Shown: positions 48,887-59,344, numbered from the stretch's first letter. The stretch: DNA of 64,000 bases from Bryobacterales bacterium (GCA_963422375.2 OY729428.2:2752001-2816000), one strand, 5' to 3'. The notes: generated from the letters alone by a model not told the origin. Translations and numbers: made by a program.

Positions 48887-49945
48887 TCACTCCGAGGGCT
48901 GGCTGCCCACGCTCGGCGGGAAGTACCCGCGCCGGTGGTAAACCTCCACGTCCGCGCCGGCCAGTCCGAGCTCCACTTGGATCATGCGGAACTGCCGGTC
49001 CGCGAACGGCCGGCTGGGAACGTAGCCTAGGATGTACTGGCTCTGCACGTTGCCGGCCACGTCGATTATGGCCTCGTACAGCGCCTGCAGCTGCGCCGCG
49101 GCGTAGCCGCCCGTACCGACCTCGTACTGGTAGTTTCCGGCGTCCTGGGGCTTGGAGAGATACCCCGCCACGTCCTTGTGAACCTTCTGCATCGGCCGCA
49201 CGACGCGCCCGCCGGTCTCCCGGGCCATCCGGACCAGGTTGGATTCCTCCTCCTGGTGATAGCCCCAGCCAACGGTGCTCACCGCGTAGATCGTGACCTG
49301 ATGCATCTGCGCCGCGTGGACCACTTCGTCGATCGAGCGCTTGCTGGCGTTGTCGTGGCCGTCGCCGATCACGATGATCGCCTTGCGCGGCTCGCTCGCG
49401 CCCTGGTACGGGATCGACACCAGCTTCTCCGTGCAGGCCTGGTAGATCGCGTCGAACATCGCGCTGCCGCCTCCATGCTTGAGGCTCTCCATGCTCTCGG
49501 TAAGGATGACCGGATCGTCGGTGAAGTCCACCAGCTCGTCCACTTCGGTGTGGTAGCCGAGCAGAAAGCCCTTGTTCCTGCCTCCCTCGGGCACGAGCAT
49601 CCACGCTAGATCCCCGATGGAGGACTGGTAGGTCTTGTAGTAGAGGCGCGCCGTGTTGCTGAGATCGATGATGAAGCCGGCATACAGAGGCGGCTTCTTG
49701 TCCTCCTCCACGCTTCGCGTGAAGTAGCGGATCTCTACGAGCTGCCCGTCCTCCCACACGGAGAAGTCGGACTTGGTCAGGTCCACGATGAAGCGGCCCT
49801 CCGAATCGGTGACGGTCACCGGCAGGTTGACGACGTTGACCTCGACGCGGATGGTGCCGTCCTGCTCGGATGCGACCTCCTGAGCCGGCGCCGCGACCGA
49901 GGCGCACAGCAGCGCGACCATGCCGAGACCCGGTCCACCCCTCAT
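48887..49945 (-). CDS. VWA domain protein (acidobacterial VWFA-related)
   Basis: TIRVEVNVVNLPVTVTD..GRFI.DL...DF...EDG, DLSNT, IGDGHDNAS, ETGGR, SQYILGY.P and RRGYF. Confidence 0.9.
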   Translation of the reverse strand: MRGGPGLGMVALLCASVAAPAQEVASEQDGTIRVEVNVVNLPVTVTDSEGRFIVDLTKSDFSVWEDGQLVEIRYFTRSVEEDKKPPLYAGFIIDLSNTARLYYKTYQSSIGDLAWMLVPEGGRNKGFLLGYHTEVDELVDFTDDPVILTESMESLKHGGGSAMFDAIYQACTEKLVSIPYQGASEPRKAIIVIGDGHDNASKRSIDEVVHAAQMHQVTIYAVSTVGWGYHQEEESNLVRMARETGGRVVRPMQKVHKDVAGYLSKPQDAGNYQYEVGTGGYAAAQLQALYEAIIDVAGNVQSQYILGYVPSRPFADRQFRMIQVELGLAGADVEVYHRRGYFPPSVGSQPSE

Positions 49946-50061
49946 GACGCAAACATTCTAACCCACTCGGTCGAGACCCGCCGCCCGTCGGCGGGCAGTC
50001 CCAGTCCGCAGCTCTACCGGGAGCGTTGTACGATGAAGCCTAATTCTCTTGTTTCGGTGCG

Positions 50062-50898
50062 ATGCAGGAATTCCTGGATTGGGCTTCGCCCGGCAGCGAC
50101 GAGTGGTGCCTGGCGCGCCGACTGGCGCCGCACAGGCTGCCGCGCCACATCGCGGTCATCATGGACGGCAACGGGCGCTGGGCCCGCAAGCGCCTGCTGC
50201 CGCGGGCCGCGGGCCATAGGGCGGGCGTCAAGCCGGTGCGGGAGATCATCGAGGCCTGCTGCCGGCTCGGCATCGAGACGCTCACCCTGTACGCATTCTC
50301 GATGGAAAACTGGAAGCGCCCGAGGGCGGAGATCCAGATGCTGTGGGCTCTGCTGCGGCAGTACCTGCGCCAGGAGCTGCCGGAACTCAAGGCCAACGGC
50401 GTGCGCTTCCAGACGATCGGCCGCATCGACGCGCTGCCCAAGGAAGTCTGCGACGACATCGACAACGCGATCGTCGAGACCGCGGCCAATATGGGCATGC
50501 GGCTGAACGTCGCGCTGAACTACAGCGGGCGCGCGGAGATCGTCGACGTGGTGAACGACCTGCTGCGGCAGGCGCACCGGCGCAAGGAGCCGCTGCAGGT
50601 CGACGAGCGCGTCATCGGCGACCTGCTCTACACCGCCGAGATCGGAGATCCGGATCTGCTGATCCGCACCTCGGGCGAGTACCGCGTCAGCAATTTCCTG
50701 CTGTGGCAGATCGCCTACGCCGAGATCTGGGTCACGGATCGGTACTGGCCGGACTTCCGCACCACCGACCTGCTCGAGTCCCTGCTGGCCTACCAGAAGC
50801 GGAACCGCCGGTTCGGCGGCCTGCCCGACCAGCCTCCCGCGCGCGGCCGGGAGGCCGCGCCCGCGACCTGCGGCGAACTTGCGACGGCCCGCAAATGA
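50062..50898 (+). CDS. uppS: Undecaprenyl diphosphate synthase (cis-isoprenyl transferase)
   Basis: HIAVIMDGNGRWA, YAFSMENWKRP, DPDLLIRTSGE.RVSNFLLWQIAYAE and RRFGG. Confidence 0.97.
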   Translation: MQEFLDWASPGSDEWCLARRLAPHRLPRHIAVIMDGNGRWARKRLLPRAAGHRAGVKPVREIIEACCRLGIETLTLYAFSMENWKRPRAEIQMLWALLRQYLRQELPELKANGVRFQTIGRIDALPKEVCDDIDNAIVETAANMGMRLNVALNYSGRAEIVDVVNDLLRQAHRRKEPLQVDERVIGDLLYTAEIGDPDLLIRTSGEYRVSNFLLWQIAYAEIWVTDRYWPDFRTTDLLESLLAYQKRNRRFGGLPDQPPARGREAAPATCGELATARK

Positions 50899-50908
50899 GG
50901 CCGGGCGC

Positions 50909-51685
50909 GTGAAGAGAGTCGTCACTGGCCTCGCGCTGGGGGCCGCGGCCTGGGCCTTCGTCTTCCTCACGCCGAAATGGGCCTTTTACCTGGTCACGGC
51001 GGGGCTGTCCGCCGCGGCGCTGCACGAATTCTTCGGGATCGCGTCCAAGTGCGGGGCCCTGCCGTTCCGGCTTGTCGGGCATGTCGCGGCGGCCATCTGG
51101 CTGCTCCTCCCGGACCTGGACCGCGCCAGCTTCACGCCGTTCCTGGCGATCATGCTGCTCTGCCTCGCGGCCTTCGCGAAGCGTCCGTTCGAGAGCGTCC
51201 TGCCCGCCGCTGCGGCCACGCTGGCCGGAGTCCTGTACGTCGCCGGACCGATGCACTGGGGCATCCGGCTGCACGACTTCTCCCCGCAATGGCTGTTCCT
51301 CGCGATGCTTGTCGTCGCCGTCGGCGACGTCGCCGCGTACGCCATCGGGAAGCGCTTCGGCCGGCGCAAGCTAGCCGCCCACACGAGCCCCGATAAGACC
51401 TGGGAGGGCACCGTCGCGTCGCTCGCGGCCAGCGTCGCCGTCGGCACGTGGTACGCGGTGACCTTCCTCGAGCCGGGCATCGGCGCGGCCGGCGCGGCCG
51501 CCCTGGCGGCGGCGGTCAACGTCGCCGGGCAGGTCGGCGATCTAGTCGAATCGGCCTTGAAGCGCGGGGCCGGCATCAAGGACAGCGGCTCGCTCCTGCC
51601 CGGGCACGGAGGCATCCTCGACCGGATCGACGGACTGCTGCTGGGCATCCCGGTCATGTACGCAGCTGCGCGGATCCTCGCCTGA
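50909..51685 (+). CDS. cdsA: Phosphatidate cytidylyltransferase
   Basis: DVAAY..GKRFG, SPDKTWEG and GDLVESALKR..GIKDSGSLLPGHGGILDRID. Confidence 0.95.
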   Translation: MKRVVTGLALGAAAWAFVFLTPKWAFYLVTAGLSAAALHEFFGIASKCGALPFRLVGHVAAAIWLLLPDLDRASFTPFLAIMLLCLAAFAKRPFESVLPAAAATLAGVLYVAGPMHWGIRLHDFSPQWLFLAMLVVAVGDVAAYAIGKRFGRRKLAAHTSPDKTWEGTVASLAASVAVGTWYAVTFLEPGIGAAGAAALAAAVNVAGQVGDLVESALKRGAGIKDSGSLLPGHGGILDRIDGLLLGIPVMYAAARILA

Positions 51686-51721
51686 GGGGCCGCGGCCCTG
51701 CCGCGCGGCCGCTTGCAGGGG

Positions 51722-53227
51722 CTAGTCCGCGGAAGGGAACAGGGGCGAGTACAGGTTGCCCTCCGGCCGCGGAGCCAGGTTCCCGCCTTTCAGGTAGGGG
51801 GCGCCGCGCTTCTCGAAATGCCGGACCAAGCGGCCGCGCCAGCGTCGCAACTCGCCCTCGCTCGAGGGTTCGCCGCCGAGGTCCCGCGTCTCGCCCGGAT
51901 CGGCCCGCAGATCGAACAGCTGCTGCTGCCCGTCCAGGGCGCGGTAGATGTACTTCCACCGTCCGTCAGTCAGCGCGCTCCAGTTGTTGTCCGGGCTGTA
52001 GCAGATGTTGTGCTCGAGATCGACGAACTCGCGCCAGGGACCGCCCTTGCCCGCGACGGGGTCGAGGAGGCTGCGGCCGTCCACCGATTCGGGCGGCGCG
52101 ATGCCGGCGGCAGCCAGAATGGTCGGCATCACGTCACGCAGCTCGCAGGGCTCGTCCCGGACCTGCCCGCGCTCGGCGGCGACGAGCCCCTCGGGCCAGC
52201 GGACGAGCATCGGAATGCGCGCCGACGCCTCGAACGCGTAGCACTTCCGCCAGTGGTGGTGGTCGCCCAGCATGTCCCCGTGGTCGGAGACGAACACGAT
52301 CAGCGTGTTCTCGTAGAAGCCTCGCCGGCCGAGGGCCTCCAGGATCCGGCCGATCTGGTCATCGATGAAGCGGATCGACCCGTAATAGCCCTGGCGGGAG
52401 TGCCGCACTTGGTCAGCGCCTAGATCGCCGTGCCACAGGCTGGGCCTGTCGCTGCTGCGCGGGCGAAAGCGCTCGGCCCAACGACCCGTCGCCGCGACCG
52501 GGATGTCCGCGTCCTCGAACTCGCGCATGTAGCGCGCGGGCGGGTCGTAGGGACTGTGCGGGCGGGCGAATGACACCTTCAGGAAGAACGGCCGGTCGTC
52601 GGAGTAGGTCTCTAGAAACCGCACGGCCGCGTCGCCGGTCCAAGACGTGGGGTGCAACCGCTCCGGCAGCGCGTACTCGCCCGCCAGGCAATCGTTCCAG
52701 CCGATGCCGGTGGCGTCGGGATCCAGGTTCGGCGCCTCGCTCCAGAACCACGATCGGTAGTCGCTGCGGAAGTCGACCGAAAAGGAACGGCCGGACTCGT
52801 CCAGCAGGACCCGCTCGTAGCCGTGGGCGTTCCGCTGGGGATGGAAGTGGTTCTTGCCGATCGCGCACGTGCTGTAGCCCGCGTCGCCGAGGATGCGCGG
52901 CATCTCGTGCGGGTACTCCCCGGCAACCCGGCCGTAGCCCAGCATGCCGTGGTGCCAAGGCGACTGACCTGTCAGCAGGCATGCCCTGGCAGGGGTGCAG
53001 CTCGGGGTACTGGAGTACGCATGCTGGAAGCGCGCGCCTTCGCTGGCGATCCGGTCGAGGTTCGGGGTCTTGACTGCCGGATGGCCGTCCGCACCGAGAC
53101 AGCCGCCGCGCTGTTGGTCCGTCATGAGGAATAACAGGTTCGGCCGTTCCGGCTTCGCCGCGGCGGGGCGCGCAGCGCCCGCGGCCGCGGCGAGGTGAAG
53201 GAAATGTCTGCGGGGCAGGGCTGGCAT
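51722..53227 (-). CDS. Arylsulfatase/choline-sulfatase-like protein (Tat signal)
   Basis: PRRHFL, PNLLFLMTDQQR, CTPARA, GKNH, RPHSPYDPP and SDHGDMLGDH. Confidence 0.92.
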   Translation of the reverse strand: MPALPRRHFLHLAAAAGAARPAAAKPERPNLLFLMTDQQRGGCLGADGHPAVKTPNLDRIASEGARFQHAYSSTPSCTPARACLLTGQSPWHHGMLGYGRVAGEYPHEMPRILGDAGYSTCAIGKNHFHPQRNAHGYERVLLDESGRSFSVDFRSDYRSWFWSEAPNLDPDATGIGWNDCLAGEYALPERLHPTSWTGDAAVRFLETYSDDRPFFLKVSFARPHSPYDPPARYMREFEDADIPVAATGRWAERFRPRSSDRPSLWHGDLGADQVRHSRQGYYGSIRFIDDQIGRILEALGRRGFYENTLIVFVSDHGDMLGDHHHWRKCYAFEASARIPMLVRWPEGLVAAERGQVRDEPCELRDVMPTILAAAGIAPPESVDGRSLLDPVAGKGGPWREFVDLEHNICYSPDNNWSALTDGRWKYIYRALDGQQQLFDLRADPGETRDLGGEPSSEGELRRWRGRLVRHFEKRGAPYLKGGNLAPRPEGNLYSPLFPSAD

Positions 53228-53417
53228 GGGTCGGATCCTACCAGCGAGCCGCCGGGAGGGCTCGGCGGGCGGGGGGCGGGGGTATGATTGTGCAAGGCTC
53301 GGGCCGGCTGCTGCGAGCTGGTCGCGTCGACGGGCGTCGCCCCGCTCGCAAGTGCCGCATCGCCGGCGAGACTGGACCCGGCGCCCGCAATCCCGCTGCA
53401 TCCTCCGACACGCGCGC

Positions 53418-54944
53418 ATGCCCGAGGGCCTAGAGCAGCAGTACCAGCCGAGGCTGGCCGAGCAACAGGGCGAGGCGGACCCGCCGAGGCTGGCCGAGCA
53501 GCGCGCCCCGCAAGCACAGCCGGAAGAGAATCCGAGCGCCCTCGCCCTCCGCCAGGGCATGCCCTCCAACCTCGAGGCGGAGATGTTCGTGCTCGGCAGC
53601 ATCCTGCTGGACGACTCGAAGTTCTCCCAAGTCGCGACATCCATCGGCGAGGACGACTTCTATATTGAGAAGCACCGTCGCATCTTCTCGTGCATGTACC
53701 GGCTGGCCGAGCGCGGCGAGCGGATCGAGTACCTCACCCTCAGCGACGAGCTCGCCAAGTTCCAGCTCAGGGACAAGGTCGGCGGGGTGGCCTATCTCGC
53801 CTCGCTCACGGTCGGGATGCCCCGGCTCGAGAGCATCGAGAGCTACATACGCATCGTCAAGGGCAAGGCGATCCTGAGGCACCTGATCTACACCGCGCAG
53901 GAGATCGCCTCCAGCTGCCTGAAGGAGGGCCGCGAGGTCGACGCCATCCTGGCCGATGCCGAAACGGCGGTCATGAAGGTCGGCGACCAACTCCTGCGAT
54001 CCGGCCTGGAGAGTCCCGAGGAGACGATCTCCAAGTTCGAGGGCGGCGTCGGGGCGTTCCTCAACCCGGCCAGCCGCCAGCAGGGGCTGCAGAGCCCGTT
54101 CCACAAGCTGAACGAGCTGACGGGGGGCATGCGCGCCGGGCAGCTCATCGTGCTCGCCGGGCGGCCGGCGATGGGGAAGACGGCCCTAGCTCTCAACATC
54201 TCCTCGTTCATCGCCTCCGCCCGCGGAGACGAGGCCGCCCAGGCCGTCGCTGTCTTCTCTCTCGAGATGTCGCGCGAGGCGCTGCTGACCCGCGTGCTGT
54301 GCTCCGAGGCTCAGGTCGACCAGCGCCGCTTCCGCGTCGGCAGCTTGGACAAGGAGGAGAGGGCCAGGGTCGCCAGCGCCATGCAGGGCTTGATGCGTAG
54401 CAAGCTCTTCATCGACGACACGGCGAACCTCAACATCATCGAGCTGGCCGCGAAGTGCCGCCGCCTGCAGTCCACGGAGAATCTCGGCCTCGTGGTCGTC
54501 GACTACATCCAGCTGCTCGGGTCCAAGGGAAGGGTCGAGAACCGCGTGCAGGAGATCGCGACATTCTCCCGCGGACTGAAACTGCTGGCCAAGGATCTGA
54601 ACCTGCCCGTGCTGGCGCTGTCGCAGCTGAGCCGGGCCCCGGAAGATCCGCGCAGAGGCAACCCGCGGCCGCGGCTGAGCGACTTGCGGGACTCCGGGTC
54701 GATCGAGCAGGACGCGGACGTGGTCTGCTTCGTGTTCCGCGAGGAGGTCTACAAGCCGACCGACAAATCGCTGGAGGGCGTGGCAGAACTGATCATCGGC
54801 AAGCAGCGCAACGGCCCGACCGGGGTCGTCAAGCTGGCCTTCTTCAAGCGGTACGCGCAGTTCCAGAACTACGAGATGGATATGGAGGTCGACGAAGGGA
54901 CGCCGACAGACGCCGACTTCGACGAGGAGGAAACGCCCTTCTAG
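53418..54944 (+). CDS. dnaB: Replicative DNA helicase
   Basis: PSNLEAE..VLG, AGRPAMGKT, FSLEMS, VDYIQL, LSQLSR, DLRDSGSIEQDAD and KQRNGPTG. Confidence 0.97.
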   Translation: MPEGLEQQYQPRLAEQQGEADPPRLAEQRAPQAQPEENPSALALRQGMPSNLEAEMFVLGSILLDDSKFSQVATSIGEDDFYIEKHRRIFSCMYRLAERGERIEYLTLSDELAKFQLRDKVGGVAYLASLTVGMPRLESIESYIRIVKGKAILRHLIYTAQEIASSCLKEGREVDAILADAETAVMKVGDQLLRSGLESPEETISKFEGGVGAFLNPASRQQGLQSPFHKLNELTGGMRAGQLIVLAGRPAMGKTALALNISSFIASARGDEAAQAVAVFSLEMSREALLTRVLCSEAQVDQRRFRVGSLDKEERARVASAMQGLMRSKLFIDDTANLNIIELAAKCRRLQSTENLGLVVVDYIQLLGSKGRVENRVQEIATFSRGLKLLAKDLNLPVLALSQLSRAPEDPRRGNPRPRLSDLRDSGSIEQDADVVCFVFREEVYKPTDKSLEGVAELIIGKQRNGPTGVVKLAFFKRYAQFQNYEMDMEVDEGTPTDADFDEEETPF

Positions 54945-55041
54945 CCTCCCAGCGGACGGGCGGACGGCTCGGCCCCGCCGGAACGCCGAACACCGGGCAT
55001 CGGCAACCGAGTCTGGGCTAGACTAGGGCGGGACGGTCGCG

Positions 55042-56880
55042 ATGAATCGCTGGATCTGGCTCGCGGGCGCGATGCTGGCGGCCTTGCCGGCCTTAGGACA
55101 GCCGGGCGACCGGGCACGGCCGGAGGATCATCCGCCCGCGGGCGGCCGGGACCGGACCACCGCGCTGGCGGAACAGACCGAGGCGCTCTCGCCGGGGCGT
55201 CCGGACGAGGCACCGAGCGTGCCTCGCATCAATTTCATCGACGAGCGCATCTTCGGCAAGATGCAGCGCGACGGCGTGCCCCACGCGCCGCTAGCAGACG
55301 ACGCGACCTTCTTCCGGCGCGCGCATCTGGATCTGACCGGGCGGATTCCCGGCGGGGACGAGGCCCGGCGATTCGCGGCGGACGAGGATCCGGACAAGCG
55401 CTCGCGACTGATCGACCGCCTCGTCGGGAGCGTCGACTGGCGCGACCGCTGGACGTACTGGCACCTGGACCTGTGGCGGACCAGCCAGAACCGGGTCGGC
55501 TGGGCGGGCCGGAACCTATTCCACGACTACGTGGCCGACGCGCTGCTGCTGAACCAGCCCTACGACGAGTTCGTGCGCGAGCTGCTCACGTCCGAGGCGC
55601 GCAGCAACTGGTACGTCGGCCCGGCCAGCTACCTGGTCCGCTGGGCAGTGTTCGCCGACAACTGCACCGAGGTCATGCACGAGGACACCGCCGACGAGAT
55701 GACGGTGATGGTCTTCCAACACTTCATGGGCATCAACCTGCAGTGCATCTCGTGCCACGACGGAGCCAATCACCTCGAGCAGGTCAACGCCTGGCTCACC
55801 GAGCGCAAGCGCGAGGAATTCTGGGCGCAGGCAGCCTTCTTCGGAAACACCCGCGTGATGCGGCGCGTCGAACTGCGCAACACCCAGGACGAATACCTGA
55901 TCGACGACAAGGATCCCGAGCGCAACGGCTATTCCCGGGCGGCCCGCAGCACGGTGCGCGTGGCCCGGCAGCGCGAGGGCACGGTCGCTCCGAAGTTCAT
56001 CCTCGGGGGCGAGCCGCCACGTCCCGGCATGCCTCTGCGCCAAGAGCTCGCGCGGATCCTGACAGCCCACCCGCAGTTCGCCCGCGCCACCGTGAACCGC
56101 TTCTGGGCCGCGTTCATGGGGGCGGGCATCGTCGACCCGGTGGACGGCTTCGACTTCCGGCGCATGGATTCCGAGAATCTGGCGGAGAGCTGGGACGTCC
56201 AGCCCACGCACCCGGAACTGCTCGAGGAGCTCGCCCGGGACTTCATCGAGAGCGGCTACGACCTGCAGCACCTGCACAAGCGCATCGTGAATTCGTCGGC
56301 CTACCAGCTGTCCGCGAGCTTTCCGGCGCAGTGGAAGCCCTCGTACGCGCGCTATTTCGCCCGGAAGTTCATGCGGCGGCTGTCGGCGGAGCAGATCTAC
56401 GACGCGATCGTCAAGGCGACCGACCTGCAGAACCCGATCCAGATTCCGCTAACGGACAAGCGGGTGGACTACATGGTGCAGATGCGGGGCCCGGCCGACC
56501 TGCGTCGCACGTCGTCTCTCGACCCCCAGACGAAGCAGGACTTGCAGTTCTTCGCCGAGTCGTTCGGTCAGGCGAATCGAGAATTCAACGAGCCGACTCG
56601 CAAGGGGTCCATAGTCCAAGCCGCGCTGATGATGAATTCCAAGCTCGTCAAGGACAAGGCGAAGGCCGCGAGCGGCAGCTATCTGGCGGGCCTACTCGAA
56701 AGCGGCGCACAGGACACGGAGATGGTGAGAAAGCTCTTCTGGCGGTTCCTGACGCGGGAGCCCGACGAGCGGGAGATGCAGGCGGCGCTGGAGCTCATCG
56801 GCGAGCGCGGCCCCGCGGCGGCCGGCGAGGACCTGCAGTGGATTCTCATGAACAAGGTGGAATTCCTGTTCAACCGCTAG
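55042..56880 (+). CDS. DUF1549/DUF1553 protein (single CxxCH)
   Basis: NFIDERIF, FFRRAHLDLTGRIP, LQCISCHD, VNRFWA, PTHPELL and RRLSAEQIYD. Confidence 0.9.
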   Translation: MNRWIWLAGAMLAALPALGQPGDRARPEDHPPAGGRDRTTALAEQTEALSPGRPDEAPSVPRINFIDERIFGKMQRDGVPHAPLADDATFFRRAHLDLTGRIPGGDEARRFAADEDPDKRSRLIDRLVGSVDWRDRWTYWHLDLWRTSQNRVGWAGRNLFHDYVADALLLNQPYDEFVRELLTSEARSNWYVGPASYLVRWAVFADNCTEVMHEDTADEMTVMVFQHFMGINLQCISCHDGANHLEQVNAWLTERKREEFWAQAAFFGNTRVMRRVELRNTQDEYLIDDKDPERNGYSRAARSTVRVARQREGTVAPKFILGGEPPRPGMPLRQELARILTAHPQFARATVNRFWAAFMGAGIVDPVDGFDFRRMDSENLAESWDVQPTHPELLEELARDFIESGYDLQHLHKRIVNSSAYQLSASFPAQWKPSYARYFARKFMRRLSAEQIYDAIVKATDLQNPIQIPLTDKRVDYMVQMRGPADLRRTSSLDPQTKQDLQFFAESFGQANREFNEPTRKGSIVQAALMMNSKLVKDKAKAASGSYLAGLLESGAQDTEMVRKLFWRFLTREPDEREMQAALELIGERGPAAAGEDLQWILMNKVEFLFNR

Positions 56881-56899
56881 GCGCGGCCCGGAGAGACCC

Positions 56900-58273
56900 A
56901 TGGCGCGATTCGAAGACCATTTCCTGACCCGGCGCGAGGTGCTGCGGTTGGGCTCCGTCGCGATGACCGGCTACCACTTCCTGCCGCTCGTCCAGCCGCG
57001 GGCCAAGGCGGGCGGCCGGGCAGCCCCGGAGGGCAGGGCCAAGTTCTGCATCTTCGTGATGCTCGAGGGCGGGCAGTCGCACGTGGATTCGTGGGACTTC
57101 AAGGAAGGCCCTTGGACGCCGCCGGACTTCGCGGCGGAAACGGTCGCGGGAGTCGGCCAATGGCCAATGGGGCTGTATCCGGAACTGGCGAAACGTCGCG
57201 AGAAGTACTCGCTGCTGCGCTCGATGTCCACTTGGGAGAGCCAGCACGGTCGGGGGCAGTACTACATGCAAACCGGCCACCAGCACAACCCGGCGCTCTC
57301 CCCCGAGCTGCCTGCCGTGGGATCGGTGGTGGCCTACGAGTACGCCTCCCGCCGCCGGGAGACCGATTTCCTCCCCCCCTTCGTGGGCTTCAATACGTTT
57401 CCCCAAGTCGGGCTGGTCGGGTCCGGCTTCCTGCCCGCCACCTATACGCCGTTTCACGTCAACACGTCCTCCGACATCTCCGTGCTGGCACCCCGCTCCG
57501 AGGAGCTGGCGGACTTCGGGCGGCGCTGGGAGCTCCTCCGCAAGTTCGACGGACCGGCGAGGTCCGCCGCCGCACTCGAAAAGAAGGCCTTCCGGGACTT
57601 CCACAACCACTACGAAGGGGCCGTCGAGATCATGTCGGCACCTGGGAGCGCGGAGATATTCAGCATTAGCGACGAAGAACGCTCACGATACGGTGGCAAT
57701 CCGGTCGGCGACTCGTTCGTGCTGGCGCGCAACCTGGTGGTTGCGGACGCCGGGACGCACTTCATCTTCCTGACCCATGAGGACTGGGACCATCACGGCT
57801 CGATCTACAAGCGGGAGAACTTCTACAAGCGGTCCCACGATCTGGACACGGCCCTCAGCCAGCTGCTCGACGACCTCGGCGCCGCGAAGCGAGACGACGG
57901 GACGTCCGTTCTCGACGAGACCCTGGTCGTCTGCGCGGGCGAGTTCGGCCGCACCCCGGGGGAGCTGACGAACATCGCCGGGCGCGACCACTACCAGTAC
58001 GCGTTCACGGGGCTTTTCGCCGGCGGCGGGGTCCGGCCGGGCCAAGTGCTGGGAGCGACCGACGAACGGGGCGCGGAGATTGTCGACTTCGGATGGGCCG
58101 GCAACCGGCCGGTCTACCCGGAGGACCTCGTGACCACGATCTACTCGGCGATGGGCATCGACTGGACCAAGACGATCGAGGAGACGCCTTCGGGCCGGGC
58201 GTACCACTACATCGAGATCTTCTCTCCGACGAAAATGCTGGCGAATCGCGTGGTGCGAGAGCTCTTCGCCTGA
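56900..58273 (+). CDS. DUF1501 family protein (Tat signal)
   Basis: TRREVL, EGGQSHVDSWDFK, WDHH, GEFGRTP, GRDHY and AGGGV. Confidence 0.92.
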   Translation: MARFEDHFLTRREVLRLGSVAMTGYHFLPLVQPRAKAGGRAAPEGRAKFCIFVMLEGGQSHVDSWDFKEGPWTPPDFAAETVAGVGQWPMGLYPELAKRREKYSLLRSMSTWESQHGRGQYYMQTGHQHNPALSPELPAVGSVVAYEYASRRRETDFLPPFVGFNTFPQVGLVGSGFLPATYTPFHVNTSSDISVLAPRSEELADFGRRWELLRKFDGPARSAAALEKKAFRDFHNHYEGAVEIMSAPGSAEIFSISDEERSRYGGNPVGDSFVLARNLVVADAGTHFIFLTHEDWDHHGSIYKRENFYKRSHDLDTALSQLLDDLGAAKRDDGTSVLDETLVVCAGEFGRTPGELTNIAGRDHYQYAFTGLFAGGGVRPGQVLGATDERGAEIVDFGWAGNRPVYPEDLVTTIYSAMGIDWTKTIEETPSGRAYHYIEIFSPTKMLANRVVRELFA

Positions 58274-58347
58274 GATCGCACGGCAGGCAGAGCGGCGCGC
58301 GTCGGCCCGCAGATTTCCCGGACCCGATAGCACCGGGCAGATGCGAA

Positions 58348-59049
58348 ATGCTTGGCGGCGCGATCAGTAGAGTCCGCACGGCGCGGCTCGCGCGGCGGAT
58401 GCGCCGGGACTGGGACCGCCGGGCCAGGCTGAACGCGATGCACTTCGTCAATACGGGCCAAGCGGACTGGGACAAGGACTCGTTCTTCAAGACAGGCGAG
58501 GAGAACGTCCGCGACCAGATCCTGAGCGACTTGGAATGCGTGTGCCAAGGGCGCGACCCTCGATCAATGCGGGTACTGGAAATCGGTTGCGGCGTTGGCC
58601 GGATGACGCGGGCGCTGGCCTCCCACTTCGGCGAAGTTCATGGCGTCGACGTGAGCGAGGAGATGGTCCGGCTGGCCAAGGAGCATCTTTCTTCGACCCC
58701 GAACGCGCACGTCCACCTCAATTCCGGGACGGATCTTAGGGTGCTCGATCCGCTGCGATTCGATTTCGCCTTCTCGTTCATCGTCTTTCAGCACATTCCG
58801 AGCCGGGCCGTGATCGACGGCTACATCGGAGAAGTGGGGCGCGTCCTGCGCCCCGGCTCCATGTTCAAGTTCCAAGTGCAGGGATACCGAGGAGAGGCCC
58901 TGCGGGAGTCTTCACGCAACACATGGCTGGGCGCGAGCGTCTCAGAGAGGAATGCCGACGCGATGGCAAGGCGTCACGGATTCGAACTCGTGCAAAGTGT
59001 CGGGGCGGGCACACAGTATTACTGGCTGTGGTACCGCAAGTCGAAATAG
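58348..59049 (+). CDS. Class I SAM-dependent methyltransferase
   Basis: VLEIGCGVGR, GVDVSEEM, FDFAFSFIVFQHIP and RVLRPG. Confidence 0.9.
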   Translation: MLGGAISRVRTARLARRMRRDWDRRARLNAMHFVNTGQADWDKDSFFKTGEENVRDQILSDLECVCQGRDPRSMRVLEIGCGVGRMTRALASHFGEVHGVDVSEEMVRLAKEHLSSTPNAHVHLNSGTDLRVLDPLRFDFAFSFIVFQHIPSRAVIDGYIGEVGRVLRPGSMFKFQVQGYRGEALRESSRNTWLGASVSERNADAMARRHGFELVQSVGAGTQYYWLWYRKSK

Positions 59050-59344
59050 TCGACGGTCGTGGCGGCAGGAACGTTTTGGCGTCTCGGTAAACCCCGAGTT
59101 TGCCTTCCATAATTCTCTCTGAACTTTGTAGTTATCTTTTTCTAGGTCTCGAGATTGGCTAGCAACCCGTCTCCGGAGCCAGATGTGTGTGCAGCCAAAG
59201 CATGGATCGCGTGCAGATCTGTATGAATTCTTGAACGCTCACTGCGAGCGCAGCATGGGGTCCACTTTGTCGACGGGCTGCTAGCCTGTGATTTCAACTT
59301 TTCTGTTCCATAGTAATGACTACTTTATATCTCCAATTGAAGAT

